Below are positions 11,869 to 32,574 of a stretch of 64,000 nt of DNA, piece by piece. The first letter of the stretch is position 1. Each line of letters begins with the position of its first letter. The notes beneath the pieces were generated by a model. It saw only the letters and a program-made list of their open reading frames with translations. It was not told the origin of the DNA and did not search any database. This DNA is from Saccostrea cucullata (lineage: Eukaryota), in NCBI RefSeq assembly GCF_032062105.1, contig NW_026929981.1, positions 496,001 to 560,000 of the forward strand, read 5' to 3'. The position numbers and the translations under genes are program-made.

Positions 11869-13082
11869 CAGAGTCCGTCGTCCGACCGTCCGTCTGTAAA
11901 CTTTTCACAATTTCAACTTCTCAAGAACCACAAGGCAAATTTTATAACCAAACTTGGTACAAAGCACCTTTGGGTGAAGGGGGATTCAAATTTTTAAAAT
12001 AAAGGGCCAATCCATCTGCCAAGGGGAGATAATCAAGAAAAAAGAAAAAAGGGTCGGGTCATTAAAAAAATAAACTTCAAGAATCACTGGGCCAGAAAAG
12101 CTGAAACTTATGTGGTTTATAAATTTTCATATCATGACCCCTGGAGTTTTTTGGTAAGGTCTATTCCAAAGTAACTGCAAGCTCTATCAGATCAAAATTG
12201 CATAAATTTTGGATGTACACTTTTTAGAATGTTGATTAATAGCCTTACTTACTGTAAACCAACTTTTATTCGCGTGCAAGATATACTCTCGAGTTTTGGG
12301 ACCTACCAATACTTTAAGTTGTGAATATTAAAAAACCTGAACCATTTATTTTGTTTTGTTTATGTAGAAAACATTTTCTTATTCATGAAAATTGATCGCC
12401 ATGGATTGATTTCAAGCTGACAAATTGCAAATAAAAGATGACGCGAATAATAGTTGGTTTACAGTAAAAAGACAACATTCGTTTAGGTGAGCTCTGTAAT
12501 CTCTGATTACCCATGGGTTTTATAAGGAATGAATTTAATAGGTACCCATTTTATACGGTATAAACTGGGTTGGGACAGTTAACGCTTTATAAACCGCGAA
12601 GCGGTTTATAAAAAAGCGTAATCTGTTCCAACCCAGTTTATACTGTATAAAATGAGTAGCTATTAAATTCATTCCTTATAATTTAATTTTCATTCATTTG
12701 ATGAAAGAAAAAAAGATGATTGTTCTAACAAAATGACTTCAATTTGTACAAAATTTGAATGTAACGTCAGGCGGATTGATACGTTTTTGACAAAAGTTAT
12801 TGTGATGTAGGCAACCTATTTTATACAATATAAAGTAAATTTTTTATCCAATCAAATACAGCGTTACAACCAGAATTAAATTATTTTCAGTTGAAATTGT
12901 GTCCATGTCCCTTTAAGCTAGCTTCATGTATTTGCACATATGAGGTTAATACATATTGTAAACATTGCATATTTTATCTCTCTCTGCAGCTTCCCATTGA
13001 GTCAACTACATGTGACCAGTTGTTTGAGGAGTGTGAATCCATGTACAAAAAATTTAAAGATGGACAGCCATTGGATGAATAG
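10749..13082 (+). CDS. Duplicated last two exons of the unidentified gene (possible alternative 3' end)
   Basis: Exons 10749-10847 and 12990-13082 keep AG/GT sites and frame: VWISQQEPEKLDPVTRYESNTSFLGKRYVTQRK-LPIESTTCDQLFEECESMYKKFKDGQPLDE*. Confidence 0.55.
12523..12883. mobile_element. Unclassified hairpin-ended non-autonomous element (second copy inverted at about 53384-53726)
   Basis: Terminal palindrome of about 155 bp centred on AAACCGCGAAGCGGTTT, plus a unique arm; present in copy 2 only and elsewhere in the window. Confidence 0.8.
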
Positions 13083-15052
13083 CACAAGTTTGAAAATATA
13101 CATTTACCAAAAAATGAAACATTCAGTCTCTGAGCTGTTTTACTTCAAAGTGTCTGTACAATATTTTTATGTGTAATCTGAAGTGAAAATTGGCTCAATC
13201 AATTTTGGATGTATTTTGAAAAATGATTTTTTTTATTATTATTTTTAAAAACATCTTTAATTAAAATAAACATTTTTTTTTTTTTAATGTATTCATGGTT
13301 ACATTTGCTTTACACTAAGGTAGCATCTCTTGTACAGCTATGCATTATTAGTTATCTATGTCGCACAGATAACCTATATTGCTATCATTCCTGTTTATCA
13401 TCATTGCGAATCTTCTGTCAACTTTTTATATTAGCATATTTCACTCCTTTAAAATTTTGAAATTTAATTCTGGACCTATTTCCTCCAATCTTGTTATAAT
13501 ATTTCTGTTGCTCAGGAGAAACAAATATGTGAAATCATCCCCCTAGCTTAAGCTATATATGACAGAGAGAAATACATTGTACATGGAACACATTTTCATT
13601 TTAATTCTTTGCAAAAGATTGACCATCTTGTTGTACATATAATTCTCAGGTGACTGTCAAGGCGAATGAGCCTTTTGTTTTTATATAAATTTATCACTGT
13701 TTCAAACCACACACTGCAAAATATATGTATATTAAACATACAGAAAGAACTGTGATATCACATGTTGTTTATTTTTTTTTTTACGTACTTCATCAGTGTT
13801 CATGTATATTACAGTCAATTGTTATTTTACAAGTACTTCTAGGAGTAAAATCATGAAAACTATCAATGATTGGCTCTTTATTCAGCAATGAGAAAAATCT
13901 AATTCTCTATTAATAACAGTGTGTGGGACACTTCATGAAGCAATTGGTAAAATTTTGTTAATTAATATTATTCATTGGATATATGGTTTCAATGAAATTA
14001 ATTTAATTTTATATACTGAAAGTGGAGGGGGTAATTGAAAGAGAAAAAAATTCATTTCAAACCTGAAAAAAAAAATTACAAAAAAAAGGAAAAAATTGTC
14101 CAACCTGAAATTTCTATTTCAGGGGAAGGGGGGAGAGCAAAAGGGCTTATCTTCCAGATTGTTACATGTAAAATAGATTAATAAAATTTTGAATCTACTT
14201 TAAATCACTTATGATAAAAGTTGATAAAATATAAAGATTCTTACAATTTCAGAAAAAGATGTACCAGGTACACCTATGTACCTTAAGTTTATGTATATAG
14301 GTGTGGTACATCTTTTTTCAATGTGGTTTTTCTTGACTGAAATTGTCAGAATCTTTTATTGTAACAGCTCTAAGGTGCATTTAATGTAGATTCAAAATTT
14401 TACTATGTTATATTTAAGAATTTGAATGAAAAGCGCCTATGGGGGAAAGAAGAATGGAACTTCTTTCAATATATTACCAATTTATTTTGAAATGCCACCA
14501 TTTACCACCAGTGAAAGTGGGGTTGGGGGGAGGGTGCTAAATACTATGCTCCAATTAATATTCAATAAGAAATAAACAATTAATAATAATATAAAATTAT
14601 TACATCACAAAACTTATTTATCACAAATGTACTCTTCCTGTATCTCTGTCTTTCAAATATATAGTAGCAACAGTTCTTGCAGCTCTAAACTTTGACTATT
14701 TCTGAGTTGCCAATATTGAACAATGATTAATTACCGGTACATATGACATAACAGTGACTTTGCAGTGTAACAATTCTTAATATGTTGTACTGGTCAACTG
14801 AGACATTGTTAAACCGATGTTATAAACATTTCTTTTGTTGGACTTTTTATTAATAATACATGTATACAGAAAAATATATAAAAGGTATAACAAAATAATG
14901 TATACATGTACATAATCTTTTGATTAATTTACAGGAAGTATTGGTGACAATTTTTAAGAGTATTTATTTGACCATACATGAAGTGTGAAATTCCCCAAAA
15001 CATATTGATTGCATAACAAATATTACACAGACATTCATAATTTAACAGCATG

Positions 15053-16447
15053 TTAAGATTGTTTATGTTTATGTTTGTGCTTTTTATGCTTATTATGTTT
15101 TCTTGGATGAACTTTCAACTGAACTGTGTCTGTCTTTTTCAAAGCAATATCACTTTTCCTTTTTTCCACCCAAACTCCGCTTGAGTCATCTCCTTTAATA
15201 GTTTCTAGTTTTGGATTTTCAAACACTTCACCCTGTTTTCTCCGCTTTCCTTTCCGTTCGAATTCACTGTCACTTTCTGCATATTTTTTCCTTTTTCTCT
15301 TCCTTTTCTCTTTCTTGTCTTCCTTGAGTTGACTGGAGTTTGAGGTTGAAGACCGTGATCTTTCATCTGACTTTTTCTTTCGTGATTTCCAGTCTGATGA
15401 GGATTTTTTAGACTTCTTTGATTTTTTTCTGTTGAGTTTTCTGTGGTAGTCAGAATCACTAGAGGAGTCTGAAGAGGAATCAAAGACGAGAGCTTTCAGC
15501 TGGGCTAGTCTGAAATACAGAAGAAGATCAGATCACAGCAAAATAAGCAAATAAGTCTTTACTTATATCCTTGCTTCAAAGATTCATGAATGAACAATTT
15601 TTTATTTTTTAAATTAATAAACCCTAGGTTGGAGTAAGGCGGCCTTAAATACTATGGAATATAGACCTGAAAGTAACAAATTTTCTTAAATACAATAATT
15701 TTCATGGGGGTTGATTTTTTTGTGTTCAAGGTATGAAGAGACCCATGAATTTATGTCCCTCACCAAATATAAAATTCCAAATGTATCACTGTGCAACATT
15801 TCTTTATCCACGAAATCGAATCCCCGCAACATATTATATTCTCAAGCTAAAAAATTTGACCCCAAGAAAATTTGTGATTTTACATTACATGTACATGAAG
15901 AGCAACTTTGAATAGAATAATCTCCTTTAAATCACCGAGAAATCACTGAACATTACATACATGTTGGAAATGAGGTATCACCTGGTTACTTTGTAGACCT
16001 TTTGAATAAATTTACCTTTCCGACTGTTCCCTTTTTCTTTTATCTTCTATATACTGTTTCATTGGATCCTCATGATCCTTTAAGATAGAAACAAAATATG
16101 GTTAACATGCTACAGCAACTTAAGTAAAAACATACTGAAAAGTTTGATTCATTCACATTCTTTGCACTGCTTTTTAAAATAGCCCAGTATATGTGTCCAA
16201 TCTTAAAATACATGTAATTATTTTAAGATAAATTATTTACTATAAAATTATTATTCCTATTTACATTATTTCGTTTACAATTATATGTTAGACAGTATTA
16301 ATGTTATATGACAAATGGTACATCAACTATTTAACAAATCTTTAGTTTAAAAAAAAAACTGGTTAAATTGGAGTATTGCTATTTGTAAACTAAATGAAAA
16401 CAGAGGCATACTCTTCTTACCCATCTTATCTTTGCATCTGACATCAT
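15053..16447 (-). CDS. RP9: RP9 (PAP-1)-like Lys/Ser-rich protein, apparently N-terminally short (181 aa model)
   Basis: Exons 16447-16421, 16077-16016 and 15509-15053 give MMSDAKIRWDHEDPMKQYIEDKRKREQSERLAQLKALVFDSSSDSSSDSD...KHKKHKHKHKQS*. HEDPM...R.QQLK.L..DS plus a Lys-rich tail resembles the RP9 C-terminal half (recognised from memory). The first exon is tentative. Confidence 0.65.
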
Positions 16448-16975
16448 TTAGAATAAATCATTAAATGAGTAAATCTTTAATCAGCATTGAACATGAACAT
16501 GTTCAATCTTCTTGTCAACCATTCCAACTTTTTCCGGAATATCATATCTTTGTTAAGGCGTTCAAAAAATATTCCGGTGCTAAAGTAATAATAATTTTGT
16601 TTGTAAAGTTCTTTTTCGAAGTAAAAGAAGAAAATTGACAGAATATATTAGAAACAAACACAAGAGTTGACACTGCAAAAGTATTTGTTCATGTAAAAGC
16701 GAGAAAAACTAGAAAATAAAACAATCGAATTCTTTCAGGGACAAATTGATAACTTTGTTCGGTTTTAATTTTATGTTTCCTCTTGTAGTTCCAGTTTGAG
16801 TTGCTATCCACATGGATAAAATATTTCCCCTGCAAATATTGTTGTTTTTATGTAAACGAACAGCAAAAGACACCAGAATGCACTTTTTGTGATTGAAGCA
16901 TCGACTTTTTCTCGAATAATGATACTTCCACAGTGAATCAAACCTAAAATATTTTAGAATTTCATGAACTGAACT
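16448..16975. promoter_or_regulatory. Probable bidirectional promoter / 5' UTRs of the RP9-like gene and OSGEP
   Basis: Two divergent start codons about 530 bp apart. Confidence 0.5.
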
Positions 16976-23907
<6,932 letters not shown>

Positions 23908-24806
23908 CTGGACAAGAAATCAAGAAAAAATCAGTAATTGCCACAGGATCGGATCCAGTAATCTGAATCATATGACAGCTAGGCTATATTATGCCATATC
24001 TGATATTGTAAAACTAGTGTCCTCATGAAAATGACACCTGTAATTTCTCTGTCAGACTGTTAACTCGAGAACAGAATGGCTCCACAATAAAAATAGCTTT
24101 GTTTGCATTAAATCATACAATGTACAGGTTGTATATCTCTTAATTTACACAATATTTTAGGTAGTGTTGATAATCCCTATGTTGTAGTATATTCTGTCTT
24201 TCATATTTTGATTTCCTTTCACTTTGAATTAAAATAAAATTTCAGAATAAATTGAAGAAATAGAAATACTTTTGTTTTTTTTTTATGACTTTTTTAAAAT
24301 GCAGTATTAATCATGCCTGATTTGAGTTTATTTCATTAGTAAAAGTGTGTCTTTATTTCTACACCATTAAGATAATGGAAAGTGCAACATTTATAAAAGT
24401 TTATGAAATCTATGCACTCATAATGATATAAAAGTTCTCCAATCAATGAGTCGACCCCCCCCCCCTTCTTTCCTTGGTGCCTCTGTGCTTTTTGCTTGCA
24501 GTTAGGGGAGGAGATTTGTATATACTTATAATAAGCGTTTATGTTACTTTTTTGGAGGGGTGGGGACTGCAGCTAGTTTTTTTTTTAAATGCTTTGTGGT
24601 CATTACATTTCTTGACCATTTATAAAATCGTAATTTCTTTTTTCCGTCTTTTTGTTTTCCCCACTGTACAAACCGCATTTAGTGAGCGCCCGCGGTTTCC
24701 TGTGTTTACTTTCTGTTTGCCTGTCACACGCAAAATTGAGAAATTTAAAAAATAAAAGAAAGGTTTAACAATATATAGCGACCAAAGAATCCTTTGGTTA
24801 AAAAGC

Positions 24807-27800
24807 ATGGATCTTAAACACATTAAAAGACTTGAAGAGGAACAAAAACTTGCTCTTTTTGAAACTGATAGAAAAATTAAACAATGGTACAGTACTTGGG
24901 CTAATTATTTTTTACCCATTTCCATTATTATTCCTTAGTTCAGAAGCATCATTATTGCGAATGGAATAAATTTGGGGTATTTTTGGATCCTGCGCATGTA
25001 TCATTATGATGAGTAAATTATGATGACGGACAATAAAAAGAGTTATCCTTTTATCGATAACAGGGAAACATTCAGATCTGACTATGAGGCACTGAAGAAG
25101 CGACTGACAACATTGCCAGATAAGACTAAGCACGATGTCATGGTAAGTAAAGTTGTCTATGCAAATATGATTCCAGAACTTAGAAGTTCCTCAGAAATTA
25201 TTTGTATTACAGTGTGTATGCTTTATTCATGTTATTTCCCATATATTAGTGAAGTGGTAAATTGTTTTTGTTATGGTTGTAAATAAATGTATATTGTAAG
25301 AGGGTGAAAGTATGTTATATGATGGATATGAGTCTAAAAGGATTTGTGGGTTTTTTTCAGGTACCATTTGGGCCTTTGGCTTTTATGCCTGGGCAACTGG
25401 TTCATACAAATGAGATACTTGTGTTGCTAGGAGATAACTGGTTTGCTGAGAGATCTGCCAAACAGGCAACGGAGATCATAGGCAGAAGAATAACGAGTAG
25501 GCATTTTCCACATTTACAGTTCTTGTTTTTAAGAGCATGTCGATTTTTTACAATTATAAAAACATAGAAATCTGTAAATGTTATCAGTATTTAATCAAAC
25601 ATACAAGAGAGAAGGTTACTCTGATGGCAATGGGAGTATAATTCATTGTCTTTTTCACAGCTGTGCAAAAACAAATTGATGATCTGCAGGCTCAGAAACG
25701 TCTCCTTGAACCAAGACTTGAATTTACAAAGAACATTCCTGGAGGATCAACGGTAAATTGCACCAAGAAGTTAAAGCTTAACATGTTGTTAATTTCAAAG
25801 AGGCAGTAGATTTAAAATCAACACATTTGAATAATGTTATATATGATCTGCTGAAGTGAAATGACATTATTATGTTGTAAAAGTTTTCTAGGCCCATTAA
25901 AGGATATGTATAATCTACAGTAATACTCTTTAAGGATACACCAAAGGTTTCCAAAGGGCAAAATTTAATTTGCTTGTAATTCTTTTATTAACAAAGATAA
26001 CATATTAAAAGTATATGTCATTTGAAAGCTTGTTAAATTTACTGTTTAATGATCTTAATTTAAATTTTCATTTTTATCTCATTAAAAAATTATTAATATT
26101 TTAATGTAAATATTAGTGCATTTATATTTTATAAATCAACTTTTTTGTACTCCACCTCTGAAAGTCAAAATTTTGCCTCAATGTAGATTAAAGATTGAAC
26201 TTTAAAACCGTATCTCAGATTTTTGATAAATCTTCTTATTCAAAAGTTACATTTTTCATGCATTATAAAGCAGTGATTAGCAATGTTTTCTTAGCCAAAA
26301 ATCTCAAAATTGACAAAAATTTTGAAAAAAGCCTTTGGTGTATCCTTAATGAGTGTTTTTTAATGAAAGTAATAACAAAGAAAAATAATATGCATGTCTA
26401 CTTTACGTTTGGTTCACTATCTAAAATTAAAAAACTATAATAATGGGACATAAATATTACAAATGTGATTTTATGTTATACACTTTACCAGAATGAAGAT
26501 TACTTTGAAATAACAGAAGAATATGATGCTGATAAGGAAAAGCTATGGAGAGGTTTGTGTCTAAATTTCTGGTCACTGAAACTTTCAATTGAGAGCATTT
26601 TCATTAATTTACTGTGGTGATGACATAATATACTGATTTTTCACTTTGATGAAGAGGAACACAGGAAAAGTATACAGAGACAAAGAAAGAAAGAGAAAAT
26701 AGAGAGAAAGTCAATGGAGAAAGAGAAAACTCTTACAGATGAAGAAATATGGAAGAGGTTGGATGAACTAGAGAAACAGGAATCTGAACGCCAGGAACTT
26801 CAAAGGTGAAATAAATCTAAAAAATATAGAATTAAATACACGTACAATGTATTTCAAAGAAGTATACAGTGAGATATTAAATGACTCTGTGTACCGGTAT
26901 TTCAATGTGTTGTAAAACATATCAAGAAAATGAAAAATAATCAGAAAAATTAATACATCATGGAGACATCAAACCATCACAGCTATGGCAACATTTACAA
27001 TACATTGTATTTTCTGTTGTTGCAGAATTTCAGTAGAAACAGCTGATGTCGATTTTATGAAAACTTTGCAAGAGGACATGTCAGTAACTTCACCATCACA
27101 ACATCAAACAACCAGAAAAGTTCACTTCCAAGAAGAAGAGGAGTCATCTTCCATGGTAGAGTCTGAAGAAGAAAGTGAAATTGGAGACAGTGATGATTTC
27201 TCAAGTGATACTGAAGAAGAAGAGGAAGAAGAAGAGAGTCAAAGAAGGAGGAAGACACAGGTCATCAACTTCTCACATGCAAAAGTAGACGATCGACTAC
27301 AACGAGAAGTGAGTTTCTGCTGAAAATGTTTAATAAATATTTAGACTGCTTTTTTTGAATTTCTGAAGATCAGTTTTAGATAGAGTAAGAAGAAAATAGA
27401 AAACAGAAAAATCTCAAAAATTTTCCCACACCAAATTCAATATTAAATCACGTGTAGATAGAAATTCCAGACAAACCCATTTACAAATCTTTCTTTTCAT
27501 TTTAAACTAAGGAAGCAAACTCAGAGGAAGATACTTGTGAAGTGAGAAGTCCTCGGGACATTTACAGACTCTACAAGCCAGACCCTAAGTCCATTCTTAA
27601 AAACAGTAGTAGCAATGTAAAGAGAGTGAATGTCAAGAAAAAATCTGACAGACAGAGAGCTCCATTAATGGGTCCATCCTCTTCATTGCCAACAGTGAGT
27701 TTGATTAGTCTGATTTTTTGCTAGATCACATCATTTGTGTTGTTGCAATCCACTGTTTAGAAAGTTATTGATGTGTTCGAGTCAAAGAACTTCAGACATT

Positions 27801-28126
27801 ACCTTAGCATTGCCTTTTTGGTAGAGGTAGTGTACCAGTATTTATATGCAAAAAAAAAAAAAAAAATGGATAGTTACCCTTTTAAGGAATACTTAATTAT
27901 TTTTTAACATTTAATCAGTGATGATGATTTTAATTAATAATTGTCTCTTCAGGCATTTTCTGGTGTTGTTGTGGAGAAGAAAGTTCCAGAACCTATGCCA
28001 ACAGTCGCAAAAGAGCAGACATCTTCTGAAAGCAGACCACACATTGCTGCTCAGTCAGAGGAAATTCAGAGGCCAGTAAGGGTATCAAAATTCAAAGCCC
28101 AGCGTCAAAATTTGTCCAAACACTAA
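24807..28126 (+). CDS. URI1: Unconventional prefoldin RPB5 interactor (URI1/Bud27), 412 aa
   Basis: Exons 24807-24886, 25064-25142, 25361-25496, 25661-25752, 26492-26552, 26655-26805, 27026-27308, 27512-27694 and 27953-28126 total 1239 nt. Alpha-prefoldin motif MVPFGPLAFMPGQLVHTNEILVLLGDNWFAERSAKQA, acidic tract, SPRDIY, KSILK, AFSGVVVEK, C-terminal RVSKFKAQR. Confidence 0.93.
25930..26349. mobile_element. TTAA-flanked MITE, Kolobok-like
   Basis: Perfect 14-bp TIR GGATACACCAAAGG / CCTTTGGTGTATCC flanked by TTAA on both sides. Confidence 0.85.
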
Positions 28127-29263
28127 TTTGTAATGATACAAAATATTTTATTAAAGGATTACATAAATCCTATAATGTTCTCTCTTTTTGTTGTTTTTAT
28201 GCCACAATAATCAAAGTTTCTGGGGGTGTGTAGTTCTTGCCCTGATTGTCAGTCCATCTATCTCTCTGTTTGTCTATACAAAAAAATTTAACTTTGAATG
28301 TAACTTTTGATTGGTTGGAGCTATGAATTATATATTTCACAAGTACTTAGTATATTCTTTATGAGAAGATCTTCTTTTGATAACTACATATTAGACTTTT
28401 TATCCCTTGACCATGGAGTTTAATTCACGTTTGCCAAATATTTCTAAAATTTAACCATGACCCATTACTTTTGAACAATTGGTGCTAGGTCTTTCTTATT
28501 TCACACTGTATTCATTGCAACAAGACTTTTCTACTGATAAATATTTCATGATCTTGACATTAAAGTTTGACTTTTTAAAAAAAATTTTAACTGTTGCCTT
28601 AACTTTTGAACAGTTAGTACTCTATGACCTTCATATTTCACAGGTGTAATTCATGTGAATTTCAAAAGTATATTCATTGAAACAAGTCCTTTCTTTGGGT
28701 AACAACATGTTTGATGTTTCGACATTGATGTATGGCTTGAATTTGAGAAAATTTTATTAACAGTTACTGTAATTTCGCAATAATATGCTATATGGAGGCA
28801 TCACTGGGAATTGAAACATCAAATACACAAGTCTTATAAACCTTTATTCATAATTTGTCTATTATTTTCACCAAATATGACATCTAGTGTATGTCTTTTG
28901 CTTTGTTACCCTGTATACATTGTTACAAAGAAATATAATCTCTGTCATCAAACTAAGATCTATGATACTAGTATATGTTGTAAATCTAGCTTCTATTGTT
29001 CCACCCTTTACTGAGCTTTAAAGTAATTTTTTTTCTGAAATTCATTGACTTGTCCATGAAAAATTCTTTTGTTCAATGCATTTCAAAAGAAAAACTCCTG
29101 TTACAATGTTTGTACTACAGTGTATCCAGATAATTTATAATTTCCTCAACAAATTTGGACAGAATCTTATATTGGTCTCGAATTCTATGTTTGCAGTGAA
29201 GAATGTAAAATTTTGATGATAATTTTATATTAGTTAATGACTTTGAAATATCACACAATCAGT

Positions 29264-31582
29264 TTAACATATTCCACCAATTGTGGCTTCACATGGTGTC
29301 CCGGTATCCATTTCTACAGCAGTCACTCTTAATTCAGTGTCACCAAAAATATACAGCACTTTAACCTTTCGAGGATTTTCACATGGATGAGGAATGTTTA
29401 TATCCATTTTCCAAAGTTTTTGCACACAGGGTTCGTCAATATATTTTGCATCCTCTTTTATTAAGAAAAACAATTCAAGCGGAACTGTTTGCTGAAATGC
29501 TTGATTGGTTTGGTACTTCTTTTCTACTTCGTGTTCCAATTCAACAGCTGTGCCCGATTTCATGAAACATCCGAAAACATTCTGGCATCGATCAACTCCG
29601 TTAATAATACATCTTCGTTTAGGGTCATGAACCATTGGATCAAATACTGGTGTGGTTTTTACACCATAAGAATACTTGATCACCCTGCTTTTGATCGTCT
29701 TTGGCCGATGACCAAACAAAACAGCACCTTTCAGCACGGCTAAGCCAGCCTCTTGAGGAATTATGAGACGTTTATCAGGAAAGTTCTCTTTAATGGCATG
29801 TTGCACCATTGGACTCTCTGCGAAACCTCCGACCAGTAAAAATCTATTTATCTTTTGTACTTCTGGTTGCATTAAAATGAGCCTTATATACTCCACAATC
29901 TGATCAGTAATAGATGTAAAAAGCTGTTTTGCAAAACCTGCACTGAAGCGAAACTTCTGCCCTGTTAGAGAAACATCATGAGACACAGAAGAACTTGCAA
30001 GCAATTCTTTAAAACTTTTATTTAATTTGTCGGAGCAAATTTCTTGGAGGGAAACATATGGTATGGTCATAGTAATTTTTCCGTCACTTTCAGGTTTAAT
30101 ATTTCGTTTGAAGACTTCAATTTCCCGTAGTAGGTCCATATATCCCTCTACGTGGACCCTCTTGAATTCATCGAAGACCGAGTCTCCCACAATTTCCTTG
30201 ATCACGCCAAGAACTTTAGCGTCCATTGCCGTACCCCCACACGCCCCTCCACTCGCTTTATACAGCTCCTTCAGAAAATCATCATCCAACTTCTCATGAC
30301 ACGTGATGTCGGCAGTTCCTCCTATGAGTATAAATATATAATTAGAAAGGTTTTGAAATTTATCCGACTTGGTTAATTTTTGCAGTGGCGAATTTTTGTA
30401 GGGAACAGTTGTCAAAACATGCAAAAGGGAAAACTTGGTGTGATATTTGCTTTGATTATGGGTATTTAACCACTAGCACAAATATTCTTGACCAGTAGAA
30501 TTAATGTTCACCTCTTCTTTAACATACCCCTCTTAAATTCATTAAAGTCAACATTTTATATGGAGAATTACATCTCTATCAGTAGTATAGCTTATACTTC
30601 ACGCGCATTAATAAATCAGCCTACCCCCCAGATCTATGACCATATATCTTGTACCCACAGCGGATACACCAAAACCTCGCTGTCCTTTGGAACGATCCAC
30701 ATGGATGTGTTGACAGTAAATTGATGCTGCCTCAGGCTCCAAAGCGAGCTTCAAACACTCATCTTTTATTCCCGCCTTAGAAGAAGATGAAATAACCAGA
30801 GCGTATTAATTACATTATGTTCATAATGGCATCATAATAAGATCTCTTTTAGATTATTTTCTTTATCAGTATTGATTACTGATTCAAGGTATACCTTTTT
30901 GGCTGCTTTCCTCATGAAAATCTTGGCAGAATCTGTCCAGATTGCAGGTACTGTTAGTACCCACAGAACTTCGTCCGCCTTCAGAGTTGTACCTCTTGTA
31001 TCTAGAAGATCAATTAAATGGTCTTTAAGGGCTTTGATGGAAAGAGAAAAGACTGTCATTGCAGGGAGCTCCTTTCCACTGGCGTCTTTAATATGTAAGT
31101 TTTCTAATGACTCCTGAAATGGAATCAGATAGAGAAATACTGAAAAAATTAAACTGTGATTTGCATGAAGAATGCCATCGGACTAAAGAAATGATATACA
31201 AAGATAATTTTGTTTTTTACTGCTGCATATATTAATTATGGAACTCAAGACTGATGGCCACTTGCACACATTTACATACCTCACTCTCATGTAGATTCAT
31301 TTTGAATCTGTAAAAGTAATAATAATCCTCGGTCTCTTCGTCCATAGTTATGTTGTTGTACTGGTTCTCTGCCTCATATCCAAACGACTTGAATTTCTTA
31401 TTTTTATCCAGCAGTAGACATGTTGGGGTCTTTAGGGACAACAGATTTTGTTGTCCGGAGACCCAGGCCTGATTTGCGTGAATCTTCATCGGATCCTCCT
31501 CCAATTCACGAACCATTCCGAAGGCATAGCCAGAGTATGTAGTTCCAAAGTCGATTGCAGCGACAAGAAAACAATTTTCCAT
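29264..31582 (-). CDS. HSPA12: Heat shock 70 kDa protein 12-like (HSPA12A/B family), 576 aa
   Basis: Exons 31582-31280, 31113-30895, 30775-30625 and 30321-29264 total 1731 nt in frame. Motifs: AAIDFGTTYSGYAF, KTPTCLL, WVLTVPAIW, ALEPEAASIYC, DLGGGTADIT, VGGFAESP, FGDTEL. Confidence 0.93.
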
Positions 31583-32574
31583 TTCAAAAAATAAATCTAG
31601 ATGTCAAAATAGTTTTATTAGAATAATTGTTGTTATAAGTTAGGATGTGAAGAAAGCGATATACTTTTGATTAATTTCAATTTGTCACTTAAATATATAG
31701 TATACATACATGGGTAATATAAATGCACAGCGATGGAATTTTAAAAATTCACGATTATGTGACTTTAAACCTTAAATACTGTACCTTTTAGTTGGTGGTT
31801 TTACGTGTATCGTTTCCTACTTTCGTTTTAAACGCTATCTTACAATAATATTGACGGAACTGCCTACAAAATAGGTCATTTAAAATTATATGTGCTGCAA
31901 TTAAAGTTATGATTGTTTATATACCTATATATAAGTGGCAATTACGAAAGAAAGTTAATTACATGTAGTCTAATGCATATATATATATATACTGAAAGAC
32001 GGATATAGAAGCCCCTTTATGGTTGCTTGCTTTTGAACTTGACATTTATTTATTTAACACGTATAATTAAATACTTTCAATTTAGTCCCCTTATCACCAA
32101 AAAATAAAGAACATAATTGTAAAATTCTGAACCCAGAGCCACCACCTTCAACGAAATAGGATTTTCGAGTTTGGACAATTCTTTCTTGTCTCTACTTTAC
32201 TAGTATTTCTTGTCAAAACAAATGAACTACCCCTTCCCCCTTCGAGAATGTCTGGATCTTCGAAATGTTGCGTCCTCTCAAAGTATATTTCAAGGTATTC
32301 AAACGCAAAAAAACTGCAGTGTTTTCTTTAAACAAATTTGCTTTAAAAAATTGCTTGTAACAATTTTTTGTATTTTGAACTTGAGGCAATACTTCTTTGT
32401 TTGTAAGTGGTGTATTGTGTATTATACGTTTGATAGATGTATAAAATATGCAAACATTAAAGAACTTGTAAGTCAACTCTACCTTATTATTGGTCATTTG
32501 CAAAATTATTTTGTTAAAAAACATTTTGATTGAACAAACAAGTACTATATAGATCTGAAGTTGATAATATTTTA

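Larger units (their letters stand above)
9849..15258. repeat. Segmental tandem duplication, copy 2
   Basis: Colinear with 2199-9450; begins right after a (TA)n tract at about 9810-9848. Confidence 0.9.

Noticed and set aside
15205-15483. Listed 92-aa minus-strand ORF and the antisense ORF 15126-15332
   Set aside because: Wrong frame or strand; the spliced RP9-like exon uses another frame.
29383-31117. Plus-strand ORFs overlapping HSPA12
   Set aside because: Antisense shadows of a long coding exon with no independent motifs.
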